NCBI GenBank assembly: GCA_963835575.1
Contig: CAWIGG010000004.1
Span: forward strand, 544,001-608,000
Reading direction: 5' to 3'
DNA from: an uncultured Spirochaetota bacterium
GTDB lineage: Bacteria; Spirochaetota; Brevinematia; Brevinematales; JAOACQ01
Length of the DNA: 64,000 nt
Of the stretch, positions 49,519-59,015 are shown piece after piece (the stretch's first letter is position 1; every line of letters begins with the position of its first letter). The notes under the pieces were generated by a model. The model worked only from the letters and a program-made list of their open reading frames with translations. It did no database searches and was not told where the DNA came from. The position numbers and the translations under genes are program-made.

Positions 49519-50705
49519 ATACTGAAATCTTTAAAAAGAGTCAATTATCAGGTTAATAATCTTGATACAGCCAGGAAATGGTATACAAATATGTTAAATA
49601 TGCGGCCGTTTTTTGATATGCCGTATTGTGTTATTTATAAAATCGGCGGCACGTTTTTATCTCTTCTTCCCGGCACACAGGCGCCGGCGGCCGATAGCGA
49701 GAGGTCCGCGATTTACTGGGAGGTTGATAAAATTGAAGAGGCTTATCAGCGTCTGATTGAACTGGGAGCGTCCCCCTATCTGGAAATTAAAACCTTATTT
49801 AATATAAAAATCGCGCAGGTCATTGATCCATTCGGCAATACAATTGGTTTGACCAGCGATGTCAAAGATGCCAAATCGAGTATAAACCGTCGGAAACTGC
49901 TATAAACACCGCTCTCTGCCGCGCATTGGCGTATCATGAAGAGAGATTGGAAATAAAAGTGGCGGACAATCTGGCCGAACTGTTTTTAACTAAAGAACAA
50001 AAGAAGTATTTAAAAGACCGCTTGTCAAGAGAGCGGTTAATAGCGAAGTTATTAGGCCCGCAATTATACGGATTTATTATTGCCCGTACGGCTTTTATCG
50101 ACAATATCTTTGAACAGGCGGTCCGGGACAATATTCCTCAAATAGTATTTTTCGGCGCCGGTTATGATACCAGACCTTACCGTTTCAGCGGCTTGATTAA
50201 ACAGACAAAAATTTATGAGCTGGATGTCCCGGCAACACAAAAGAGCAAAAAGGATATATTAGAGAAATCAAAAGTTATGATCCCGCCCCAGCTTTCTTAT
50301 GTCGAAATAAACTTTGAAAGTGATAAACTTGAAGAAATCCTGTTCCGGAGAGGATATGATAAAAATAAAAAAACACTCTTTATCTGGGAAGGAGTCATTT
50401 ATTATCTGAATAAAACAGCGGTTGAAAGGACATTGGAATTCGTAAAATCAAATTCGGCGGCTGGAAGCGCCATTGTCTTTGATTATATGAAAGAAAAAAT
50501 GATTTCCATGGTTTCCAGCGAACCTGTTTAATTCTGGATTAATGATAGTGAGATAAAAGCTTTCTTGTCAGGACATGGTTTTTTCATTAAAGAGCAGCTA
50601 ACTGCTCCGGAAATTGAAAAAAGGTATCTGACTCAGAACGATGGTTCATTATTGATAAACTTTCTCCCTTATTTCAGCTTTTTATATGCCGCAGTTTCTG
50701 AATAA
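49519..50705 (+). pseudogene. VOC/glyoxalase plus TIGR00027-like SAM methyltransferase fusion, inactivated
   Basis: ATA where a start is expected after the GGGAG RBS; frameshift near 49885 (KPSETAINTALCRALA); in-frame TAA at 50529 with the frame open to 50705. Confidence 0.7.
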
Positions 50706-51070
50706 TGGCAGTAATTGGCGAAAGAAAAGTCTGTATCAGCGGTTTTATTTGAAAGGCAGCCGCTATCCATTCTGGCATGAATTTGGAAGTTAGAAAGAAT
50801 TTTACTTTTGTTGGCATGTCCAATGGAAAGCAATATGATTTTAAGTCTCTAGACCGGAATTTTTGAGTTGTTGTTTGCGGTGAAGGGGGATAATGGACGG
50901 TGGTTATAAACCATTGCCTTTTTTGTTGGGGGGAAAGAAGGTCATTCTGAGGAATTTTAATTAGACGAAGTGATTATGAATGCTTATATTAGAAATAGCA
51001 TATAATCTGTTAGGGAACAACATTATTCATGCCCATGTGAAAAAACATCACAATCAGGAGGAATAATTAT

Positions 51071-52489
51071 ATGAAAAGCAGAGGGCAAAAAACAATCCTC
51101 CTCGTTGAGGATGAAGCATATATCGGCATGGCTGAATCAATGGAATTGAAAGACTATGGATATGATGTTATCCATGTGCTGAATGGCCTGAAAGCGATTG
51201 ATGCTGTCAGAAATGATAAAACTGTCATTGATCTTATTCTCATGGACATAAACCTCGGTCATGGAATAGACGGCACTGAAACAGCTAATATAATACTTAA
51301 AGAACACGATATCCCTGTTCTATTCCTTTCAAGCCATACAGAACGTGAAATTGTGGATAAAACAGTGGACATAACTTCCTATGGATATGTTGTTAAGGAT
51401 TCAGGTATTACCGTACTTGACGCCTCAATTAAAATGGCATTTAAACTTCATGAATCTTATCTGAAGTTAAAAAATCAGAAGGCTGAAATTGCAGGCAAAG
51501 AGAAAGAACTGCGGTTTTATGAAAAACGGTACCGCAGGCTTTTTGAGTCCGCCAGAGACGGGATATTGATCCTTAACGCCGATACCGGAATGATTGTTGA
51601 CGTTAATCCATATTTAATTGAAATGCTGGGTTATTCCAAAGAACAGTTTATTAAAAAAAATATCTGGGATATCGGTGCTTTCAAAAATATTGATTATTCA
51701 AAGCAATTGTTTAAGGAATTACAGGATAAAGAGTATGTCCGCTATGAGGATTTGCCTCTGGAAACCTATGATGGCAAACTGGTACATGTTGAATTTGTGA
51801 GCAATGTTTATTTAGTCGACAAAGAAAAGGTTATTCAATGCAATATTCGTGATATCACAAAACGAGTGAAATATGAAAAAACACTCACCAATAATATTGA
51901 TGAAAAGGAAGCTCTATTTAAAGAATTACAGCACCGGACGAAAAACAGTTTTAATATGATAACGAGTTTAATCAATCTCAGATCCAGCGCCGCCGATTCA
52001 AAAGAAACAAAAAACACACTCAGGGAACTGACTTTAAGAGTAAATTCAATTTCCGATCTCTATTCATTATTATATGAAACCGGTTCAATTAATGAGGTCC
52101 GGCTTAAGACATATTGTAAAAAAGTAATCGAATCAACGGTTAAACTTTCGGAAAATATTGCGATAAATAAAACTATTGAAGAAATTACCGTTTCCGCCAA
52201 AGACGCTGCTACCATCGGTATGATCCTTGTCGAACTATTATCCAATTCGATTAAATACGCGTTTCCCAAATCCCGGAAAGGAACAATCGATATTGAACTG
52301 AAAAAAATAAAATCTAAAATAATGTTATCTGTCGTGGATAACGGTGTCGGTTTACCAAAGGATTTCGATATCGATAATACTAAAACCCTCGGGCTTCATC
52401 TGGTAAATTTAATGGCCAGCCAGCTTAATGGAAGTATGAAGTTCATTTCGGAAAAAGGGACGAAAATCATTGTTGAATGTAAGTTATGA
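51071..52489 (+). CDS. hybrid REC-PAS-HisKA_2 histidine kinase
   Basis: LLVED, LMDINL, PAS (YRRLFE...RDIT), ELQHRTKN, ELLSNSIKYAF, DNGVG. Confidence 0.9.
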   Translation: MKSRGQKTILLVEDEAYIGMAESMELKDYGYDVIHVLNGLKAIDAVRNDKTVIDLILMDINLGHGIDGTETANIILKEHDIPVLFLSSHTEREIVDKTVDITSYGYVVKDSGITVLDASIKMAFKLHESYLKLKNQKAEIAGKEKELRFYEKRYRRLFESARDGILILNADTGMIVDVNPYLIEMLGYSKEQFIKKNIWDIGAFKNIDYSKQLFKELQDKEYVRYEDLPLETYDGKLVHVEFVSNVYLVDKEKVIQCNIRDITKRVKYEKTLTNNIDEKEALFKELQHRTKNSFNMITSLINLRSSAADSKETKNTLRELTLRVNSISDLYSLLYETGSINEVRLKTYCKKVIESTVKLSENIAINKTIEEITVSAKDAATIGMILVELLSNSIKYAFPKSRKGTIDIELKKIKSKIMLSVVDNGVGLPKDFDIDNTKTLGLHLVNLMASQLNGSMKFISEKGTKIIVECKL

Positions 52490-52562
52490 AATACCTGCCT
52501 GACTTTGTGCCCGGACACCGAGCATAGGTGTCATTTCCACTACCAGGTATAAAAGACGGGGT

Positions 52563-52590
52563 TTAGCCACAGTCACAGAAGGACACAGAG
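52563..52590 (+). repeat. CACAGAG-family left arm of island 4
   Basis: ttagccacagtcacagaaggacacagag; inverted partner at 60990-61020. Confidence 0.65.
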
Positions 52591-52656
52591 TTTATATTTA
52601 TAAATCAATGCCTTAAAGAATGATTAAAAACTCAAATAATGCTACTTGATTGTACT

Positions 52657-52816
52657 GATCCGATTCTGCACGCGGATGACGCGGATTATTCGGATTCGCG
52701 CGGATCGGCTGATTGCTTCCGTTATCATAAAGTCAGCGCATCAGATTTTTTTTAAAAATAACGGTCTTGACAGTAAAACATTAATTTTTAAAATGATTGT
52801 AATAAATTTCGTATAT
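52657..52816 (+). repeat. left arm plus promoter module, copy 1
   Basis: gatccgattctgcacgcggatgacgcggattattcggattcgcgcggat, then ~110 bp incl. TTGACA-N16-TAAAAT; direct repeat at 55011-55172. Confidence 0.85.
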
Positions 52817-52959
52817 TTTATAAAAAACGAAATGTTTTTTTTTGGAGTTAGCTGCCAAACCCATTTTTATATCTTAAATCATTAATAAACGATTCTTGAT
52901 TTCTCCTCAGTTATATTATAGAATTAACTAAAATTATTAAAGGATTTTTCGTACCTGAA

Positions 52960-54355
52960 GAGTTTTTGTCAAATGTTGTGTATGACATACCCTCTCATTT
53001 TTTTATGCTGCCTTTTTTACAAGCTCTCCGTTCTCAAAAACAGCGCCTTCCAATACAAGGCTAATCTTTTCATAACCTCTTAATTTTCTCCATCGCCTGG
53101 ATGCCTTATCCAGTAATTTATAGACCATTATTAGAATCGTTTCCCTGGTTCCGCAGCCTCTCATCTTTTTAGTTCTTAATCGAACTGTAGAGAAGGTAGA
53201 TTCTATTACGTTTGTCGTACGGATATGTACCCAATGTTCCGCCGGACAGTTATAAAATTCGATCATAAGCTCCCAATCCTTTTCTAAACATTCGACAGCT
53301 GCTGGATATTTAGGATTAAAAACCGCCTGGAATAATTCAAAAGCTTTGATAGCATTATCCTTATCAGGAGCATTGCATATCTCATGAAGCATCTCTTTTG
53401 CCTTTGACTGTAATACTTTGGGCAGCTTGTTTAGAATGTTCTTTATCTTATGAACCCAGCATCTCTGCCATCTGGATTCAGGATATACTTCTTTGGCTGC
53501 TTTCCAGAATCCAAGGCTTCCGTCTCCGATAAAAAGAATAGGACCTTTCAAACCTTTTTCTTTTAGGTTTCTTAATATCCCTAACCAAGTCTCGGAATTC
53601 TCTCTGTAACCTTCTTCAACAAGAATAATCTCCTTTTCACCATTCTCATTGGCTCCGATCATTACAAGAGTGCATAAACGGTCTTCGCTGCCCTGTACAT
53701 TGAAGTAAATGCCGTCAACCCATATATAGCAATACTTTTTATCGCTTAAATCGGATGTCCGCCACTCATCATATTCTTTACCCCATCCTTGTTTCATTCT
53801 GCTTATACTTGAGGCTGATAATCCTTTCGCTTCTTCACCAAGCAATCCTCTCAAGGCATTCTCCATATCCATCTCTGAGACTCCATAGAGATACAACAAT
53901 GGAATGGCTTCCTCAATTCTCAGGCTTTTTCTCATATACGGCGGTACTATTAGGCTTTGAAAATTGTCGCCTCCGAGTCGGTTCCTTGTTCTCGGAATAC
54001 ATACATCAATAGCCCCTCCACCAATGAGAATCTGACGGGCTTTATGATACCCATTTCTTACTATTGCCTTTCTCCCGTCTTCGATAGTTAAATGCTCTCT
54101 CTCCTGAAGAAACCCATTAATTTCATCTTCCAGAGCCTTCTTGATTATTTCCCTGGCCCCGATCCTTGCCAATTCTTCAAGACATAAAAATTCTACTGTT
54201 TCATCTTGATTAAAAGCCTGTAAGAGCTTAAAATCTTCGTTGTGCTTCGGCATATGGCGTATTCCTCCTTTTGTTTATTGTCGTAAATAAATTATAGAGG
54301 GTACGCCATCTTTTTTATAATATTTATTCCTATACACAACTTTCTATTATAACTC
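52960..54355 (-). mobile_element. IS256-family insertion sequence, copy 1 (1396 bp)
   Basis: Imperfect TIRs GAGTT...GTTGTGTAT; 8-bp TSD TACCTGAA at 52952-52959 and 54356-54363. Confidence 0.95.
53003..54253 (-). CDS. IS256-family transposase
   Basis: RNGY, WVDGIY, IGDG, QRCWVHK, RTTNVIES. Confidence 0.95.
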   Translation of the reverse strand: MPKHNEDFKLLQAFNQDETVEFLCLEELARIGAREIIKKALEDEINGFLQEREHLTIEDGRKAIVRNGYHKARQILIGGGAIDVCIPRTRNRLGGDNFQSLIVPPYMRKSLRIEEAIPLLYLYGVSEMDMENALRGLLGEEAKGLSASSISRMKQGWGKEYDEWRTSDLSDKKYCYIWVDGIYFNVQGSEDRLCTLVMIGANENGEKEIILVEEGYRENSETWLGILRNLKEKGLKGPILFIGDGSLGFWKAAKEVYPESRWQRCWVHKIKNILNKLPKVLQSKAKEMLHEICNAPDKDNAIKAFELFQAVFNPKYPAAVECLEKDWELMIEFYNCPAEHWVHIRTTNVIESTFSTVRLRTKKMRGCGTRETILIMVYKLLDKASRRWRKLRGYEKISLVLEGAVFENGELVKKAA

Positions 54356-54660
54356 TACCTGAAAGAGATTATATTATATTCATTAATGAAGTCACTCGTT
54401 TGTATATCTATTTTAATTATAATAGAACTGAATTATTGAATTTTGTTGTTAAATTAGAGATAATATATTTAAATAAATGGACTGAGATTGAACGTTATGA
54501 CTGCTATCATGACATTGTCCATAAGGACATTTTAAATAAAAAAGGGAAGAAAATTAAATCCATTCGTTTTCCTCTGGTTGATAGAAAAGCAGGTGTTAAT
54601 TTTGCCGTTAATGATTTTAGAGAAAATTTTGAATTGTATGTCTGGAGGTTCTTAAAATGA
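54356..54660 (+). pseudogene. small RYDxxH..H putative toxin (DUF7718/TumE-like), 5' end hit by IS256
   Basis: Frame open from the TSD (PERDYIIF...ERYDCYHDIVHKD); the AAAGGA RBS is left on the other side of the IS. Confidence 0.55.
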
Positions 54661-54830
54661 AAAAAAATAAAAGAACTGAAGTCGAACAGGTCATAGAATA
54701 TCTTGAAAAAGAGGGATTCAGAGAAATCAAGCCTGAAGAACGAAACCTGCCGGAATTTCGAGATTCCATAAAAGAAACCCGCAAATTAATTAAAGAAATG
54801 AATTCTAAAAAAAAGAAAGTTAAAATATAA
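54657..54830 (+). CDS. 57-aa putative antitoxin/partner
   Basis: Hand translation MKKNKRTEVEQVIEYLEKEGFREIKPEE...; GGAGG RBS; ATGA overlap. Confidence 0.55.
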   Translation: MKKNKRTEVEQVIEYLEKEGFREIKPEERNLPEFRDSIKETRKLIKEMNSKKKKVKI

Positions 54831-55010
54831 ATCTGCGTTTAAACAATTTTTCTAATTGGTTCCGGGCACGGCATCTTATACGACGTTTGACGCTGTGCTC
54901 CCCGGCCTTCGCAAAGCCGCGGCCTGCGGCGCTCGTGTTCGCCCTGCCGCGGGTAGGCAGGAAATTATTATATTCACAAGCCTTTTTAACTAAAACATAA
55001 GCATGTTCTA

Positions 55011-55172
55011 ATATCCGATTGTTCACGCGGATCAGCACGGATAGGACGGATTTGCGCAGAGCAGCCTGATTGTTTCCAGCATTATAAAGTCAACACATCA
55101 GATTTTTAAAAAAATACCGGTCTTGACAGTAAAGTATTGCTTTATTAAGATGAATGAAATAAATTTCATATA
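55011..55172 (+). repeat. left arm plus promoter module, copy 2
   Basis: atatccgattgttcacgcggatcagcacggataggacggatttgcgcaga, then TTGACA(55123)-N17-TAAGAT. Confidence 0.85.
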
Positions 55173-56820
55173 TAAAGAGTTGAATAAAGAGGAGATTAAT
55201 TATGAATAAGACAAATCAGGCTGTTATTAAAATAGATCTGTGTGGTTCTAAAAAATATTACGAAAAAAACAAATATTCCGAACCAAATATTACTCAAATA
55301 ACTTTAGATAAACTTTTATCCGTTGTTAAAGAAATATTTCCATATTCAAATTTAGATTTTCCAAAAGGTAGTTTATATGCAAGGCAAGGTGATTGTGTTT
55401 ATATAATTTTAGATAAAGCCACAATTGCATTACGATCATCAATAGAGTTTATGAAAAAATGGTTTAGTATTTTACCAAGTTTACCAGATTGTAGAGCAAT
55501 AATTGATTATGGTGAAATATCAATTGATGATAGTAGACCTAGAATTGAACTTATTTCAGAATGTTTTGAGAACATTAGTGTAATAGAAAAATCTTACGGC
55601 GCTGGAGAAATTGGTGTCACGGAGGCATTAAAAAATAATTCCGATAATACATTAGTCCAATTTATTAAAAAAAAGAAAATTGATATAACAGAAGGTAGAT
55701 TTGTTAATGTTTTTCAAGCCAATTATGAAGACCCTCGATTATTTCAAGATAGTAGTTTAATTCATTCATTATTCGTGGCTTCATCGGACACAAGTAATGC
55801 AAGAGAAATGGCTATTGAAGCCCTAATTCTCGAATGTTTAATTGAAAGAATCAACAAACCGATTTCATTAATAGATTTAAATTACTGGTTAAAATATAAA
55901 AATTGCCCTCAAATTGATCAATTATTAATAGATGGTATTATACAAAAATCAAAGTACATATCGAAAGATAAGGAAAATAACATTGTTTTTAAAAGTTCAG
56001 ATACAATTAAGGAGTTAAATGTTATTAAAGAAGATTTTGAAGCACAACGTGATGATACTATTAAAAAAATAGCTTTATATTTAAGCGATGGTTTGGGTTT
56101 GGACACCTCGATAGTGAATAAAGAATTAAACTTGACTGATCTTGTTGAGAAATATTTATGCGCTGTATTTTTAGAAATTCGTTTTATGGCAAATTACTTC
56201 AAATCCACACAACTATTGTTTGAAAAATTATCTTCTGATGAAGATTTTGATTATATAATAAAATCGCATTTATCAAATAGTAATTCCATAGGTATAGAGC
56301 AATTTGCATTATTAAAGAAATTATTTCTTGATGCATTGACAAATGTAGCAACAAAAAACAATAAATATATTGCATCAATATTCCATAATATACTTATGAT
56401 ATATTATTTAAACCGCAGTGAAAAATATATCCACTCTCAATTAGAAATAATGAAACAAAAGGAAATTTATATTGATACAAATGTTCTTTATTCAATAAAA
56501 TGTAAATATAGTCAATATCATGATATGCTGACATATATAATTGATAATTTAAACAGACTTGGAGCTCAGATATTTGTTTTTGAAAAAAGTGTGGCTGAAT
56601 ATAATGATTCATTAACTACAACTTTTAAAAAATATAAAAATGATACACTCAATTTTTTACATCAAGAGAAAAAACCTTGGATATGGTATGAATATGAAAA
56701 TAATATTAATTCATACCAAAATAGTTTTGAATATTGCATTTCTTTGCATCATATACCAATAAATACAAATAATTCAATTGATGATAGTTTCGAAGAAGCC
56801 AGAAAAGAATTATCTCAAAG

Positions 56821-58216
56821 GAGTTATAATAGAAAGTTGTGTATAGGAATAAATATTATAAAAAAGATGGCGTACCCTCTATAATTTATTTACGACAATA
56901 AACAAAAGGAGGAATACGCCATATGCCGAAGCACAACGAAGATTTTAAGCTCTTACAGGCTTTTAATCAAGATGAAACAGTAGAATTTTTATGTCTTGAA
57001 GAATTGGCAAGGATCGGGGCCAGGGAAATAATCAAGAAGGCTCTGGAAGATGAAATTAATGGGTTTCTTCAGGAGAGAGAGCATTTAACTATCGAAGACG
57101 GGAGAAAGGCAATAGTAAGAAATGGGTATCATAAAGCCCGTCAGATTCTCATTGGTGGAGGGGCTATTGATGTATGTATTCCGAGAACAAGGAACCGACT
57201 CGGAGGCGACAATTTTCAAAGCCTAATAGTACCGCCGTATATGAGAAAAAGCCTGAGAATTGAGGAAGCCATTCCATTGTTGTATCTCTATGGAGTCTCA
57301 GAGATGGATATGGAGAATGCCTTGAGAGGATTGCTTGGTGAAGAAGCGAAAGGATTATCAGCCTCAAGTATAAGCAGAATGAAACAAGGATGGGGTAAAG
57401 AATATGATGAGTGGCGGACATCCGATTTAAGCGATAAAAAGTATTGCTATATATGGGTTGACGGCATTTACTTCAATGTACAGGGCAGCGAAGACCGTTT
57501 ATGCACTCTTGTAATGATCGGAGCCAATGAGAATGGTGAAAAGGAGATTATTCTTGTTGAAGAAGGTTACAGAGAGAATTCCGAGACTTGGTTAGGGATA
57601 TTAAGAAACCTAAAAGAAAAAGGTTTGAAAGGTCCTATTCTTTTTATCGGAGACGGAAGCCTTGGATTCTGGAAAGCAGCCAAAGAAGTATATCCTGAAT
57701 CCAGATGGCAGAGATGCTGGGTTCATAAGATAAAGAACATTCTAAACAAGCTGCCCAAAGTATTACAGTCAAAGGCAAAAGAGATGCTTCATGAGATATG
57801 CAATGCTCCTGATAAGGATAATGCTATCAAAGCTTTTGAATTATTCCAGGCGGTTTTTAATCCTAAATATCCAGCAGCTGTCGAATGTTTAGAAAAGGAT
57901 TGGGAGCTTATGATCGAATTTTATAACTGTCCGGCGGAACATTGGGTACATATCCGTACGACAAACGTAATAGAATCTACCTTCTCTACAGTTCGATTAA
58001 GAACTAAAAAGATGAGAGGCTGCGGAACCAGGGAAACGATTCTAATAATGGTCTATAAATTACTGGATAAGGCATCCAGGCGATGGAGAAAATTAAGAGG
58101 TTATGAAAAGATTAGCCTTGTATTGGAAGGCGCTGTTTTTGAGAACGGAGAGCTTGTAAAAAAGGCAGCATAAAAAAATGAGAGGGTATGTCATACACAA
58201 CATTTGACAAAAACTC
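56821..58216 (+). mobile_element. IS256-family insertion sequence, copy 2 (1396 bp)
   Basis: Same ends and same transposase as copy 1; 9-bp TSD ATCTCAAAG at 56812-56820 and 58217-58225. Confidence 0.95.
56923..58173 (+). CDS. IS256-family transposase
   Basis: Protein identical to 53003-54253. Confidence 0.95.
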   Translation: MPKHNEDFKLLQAFNQDETVEFLCLEELARIGAREIIKKALEDEINGFLQEREHLTIEDGRKAIVRNGYHKARQILIGGGAIDVCIPRTRNRLGGDNFQSLIVPPYMRKSLRIEEAIPLLYLYGVSEMDMENALRGLLGEEAKGLSASSISRMKQGWGKEYDEWRTSDLSDKKYCYIWVDGIYFNVQGSEDRLCTLVMIGANENGEKEIILVEEGYRENSETWLGILRNLKEKGLKGPILFIGDGSLGFWKAAKEVYPESRWQRCWVHKIKNILNKLPKVLQSKAKEMLHEICNAPDKDNAIKAFELFQAVFNPKYPAAVECLEKDWELMIEFYNCPAEHWVHIRTTNVIESTFSTVRLRTKKMRGCGTRETILIMVYKLLDKASRRWRKLRGYEKISLVLEGAVFENGELVKKAA

Positions 58217-59015
58217 ATCTCAAAGTAAAATACATTTAGTAAAATTAGAACCTTATTTAGATGAAAATTCCTTAAAGAATGTATTCAACTTAGTTTATAA
58301 TGCTAAGAAAGATTATAAATCTGAATTTGACCTCTATGGTGTTCCATATGATTCGGAATTTTATAAAATGAAGGTTTTACATGACTCAAATTGTTTATAT
58401 AAATTGAAATCAAAAGCGTCAAACCCCTTTGAAGCCAAACAATTATTTGTCACATGTGATTATCATTTAACTAAGGTCCGAAAAATTGAAAGAAATGAAT
58501 ATGAATTTTTAGTAGCAATAACTGAATTCTACGAATTTATATTACCTTATTTATTTCTATCAGATTCTGTAACTGCAAATCCAATCGAGATGCCTAATTT
58601 TTTATTAGCATCTGCACTTTCTATTGATCTATCAAATATTTTAGATTTAGACTCAATGATTGGTAGATATTTAATTCACGATAAAAATATTAACCAAAGA
58701 CATGAAATAATATCGAAATTAAAAGAAACAGAAAGATTTAATTCAATAAAGAAAAAACATGAAACTTTATTTAAACAAAAAAATGATGTAATTACAAAAG
58801 AAGAAATTAGTGATTTCATTTTTGAAGTTAATAATTTATCAAAAGATTATAAACAAGAAGTAAAAAATCAACTTGTAAAAAACATTACACAAAAAACAAT
58901 TTTTGATAAAGATAGTCAGATTTCTCAGCTAAAAGAAGTAAATGAAGCTTTACTTCTTGAACTTGAAAAATATAAGAAAAAAGAAAAAGGTACTAATTAT
59001 TACTTTAAGATGATG

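Noticed and set aside
48545..50705. Complete integron
   Set aside because: No tyrosine recombinase nearby and the attC-like sites are degenerate, so they are reported only as remnants.
52646..52885. Short ORFs overlapping repeat arms (also 54820-55038 and 60824-61081)
   Set aside because: They are translations of the periodic repeats (e.g. TRMTRIIRIRAD), with no RBS or family motif.
52960..58216. Composite transposon or inversion bounded by the two IS256 copies
   Set aside because: Each copy is flanked by its own distinct TSD and both target genes rejoin in frame, so the insertions are independent and nothing has inverted.
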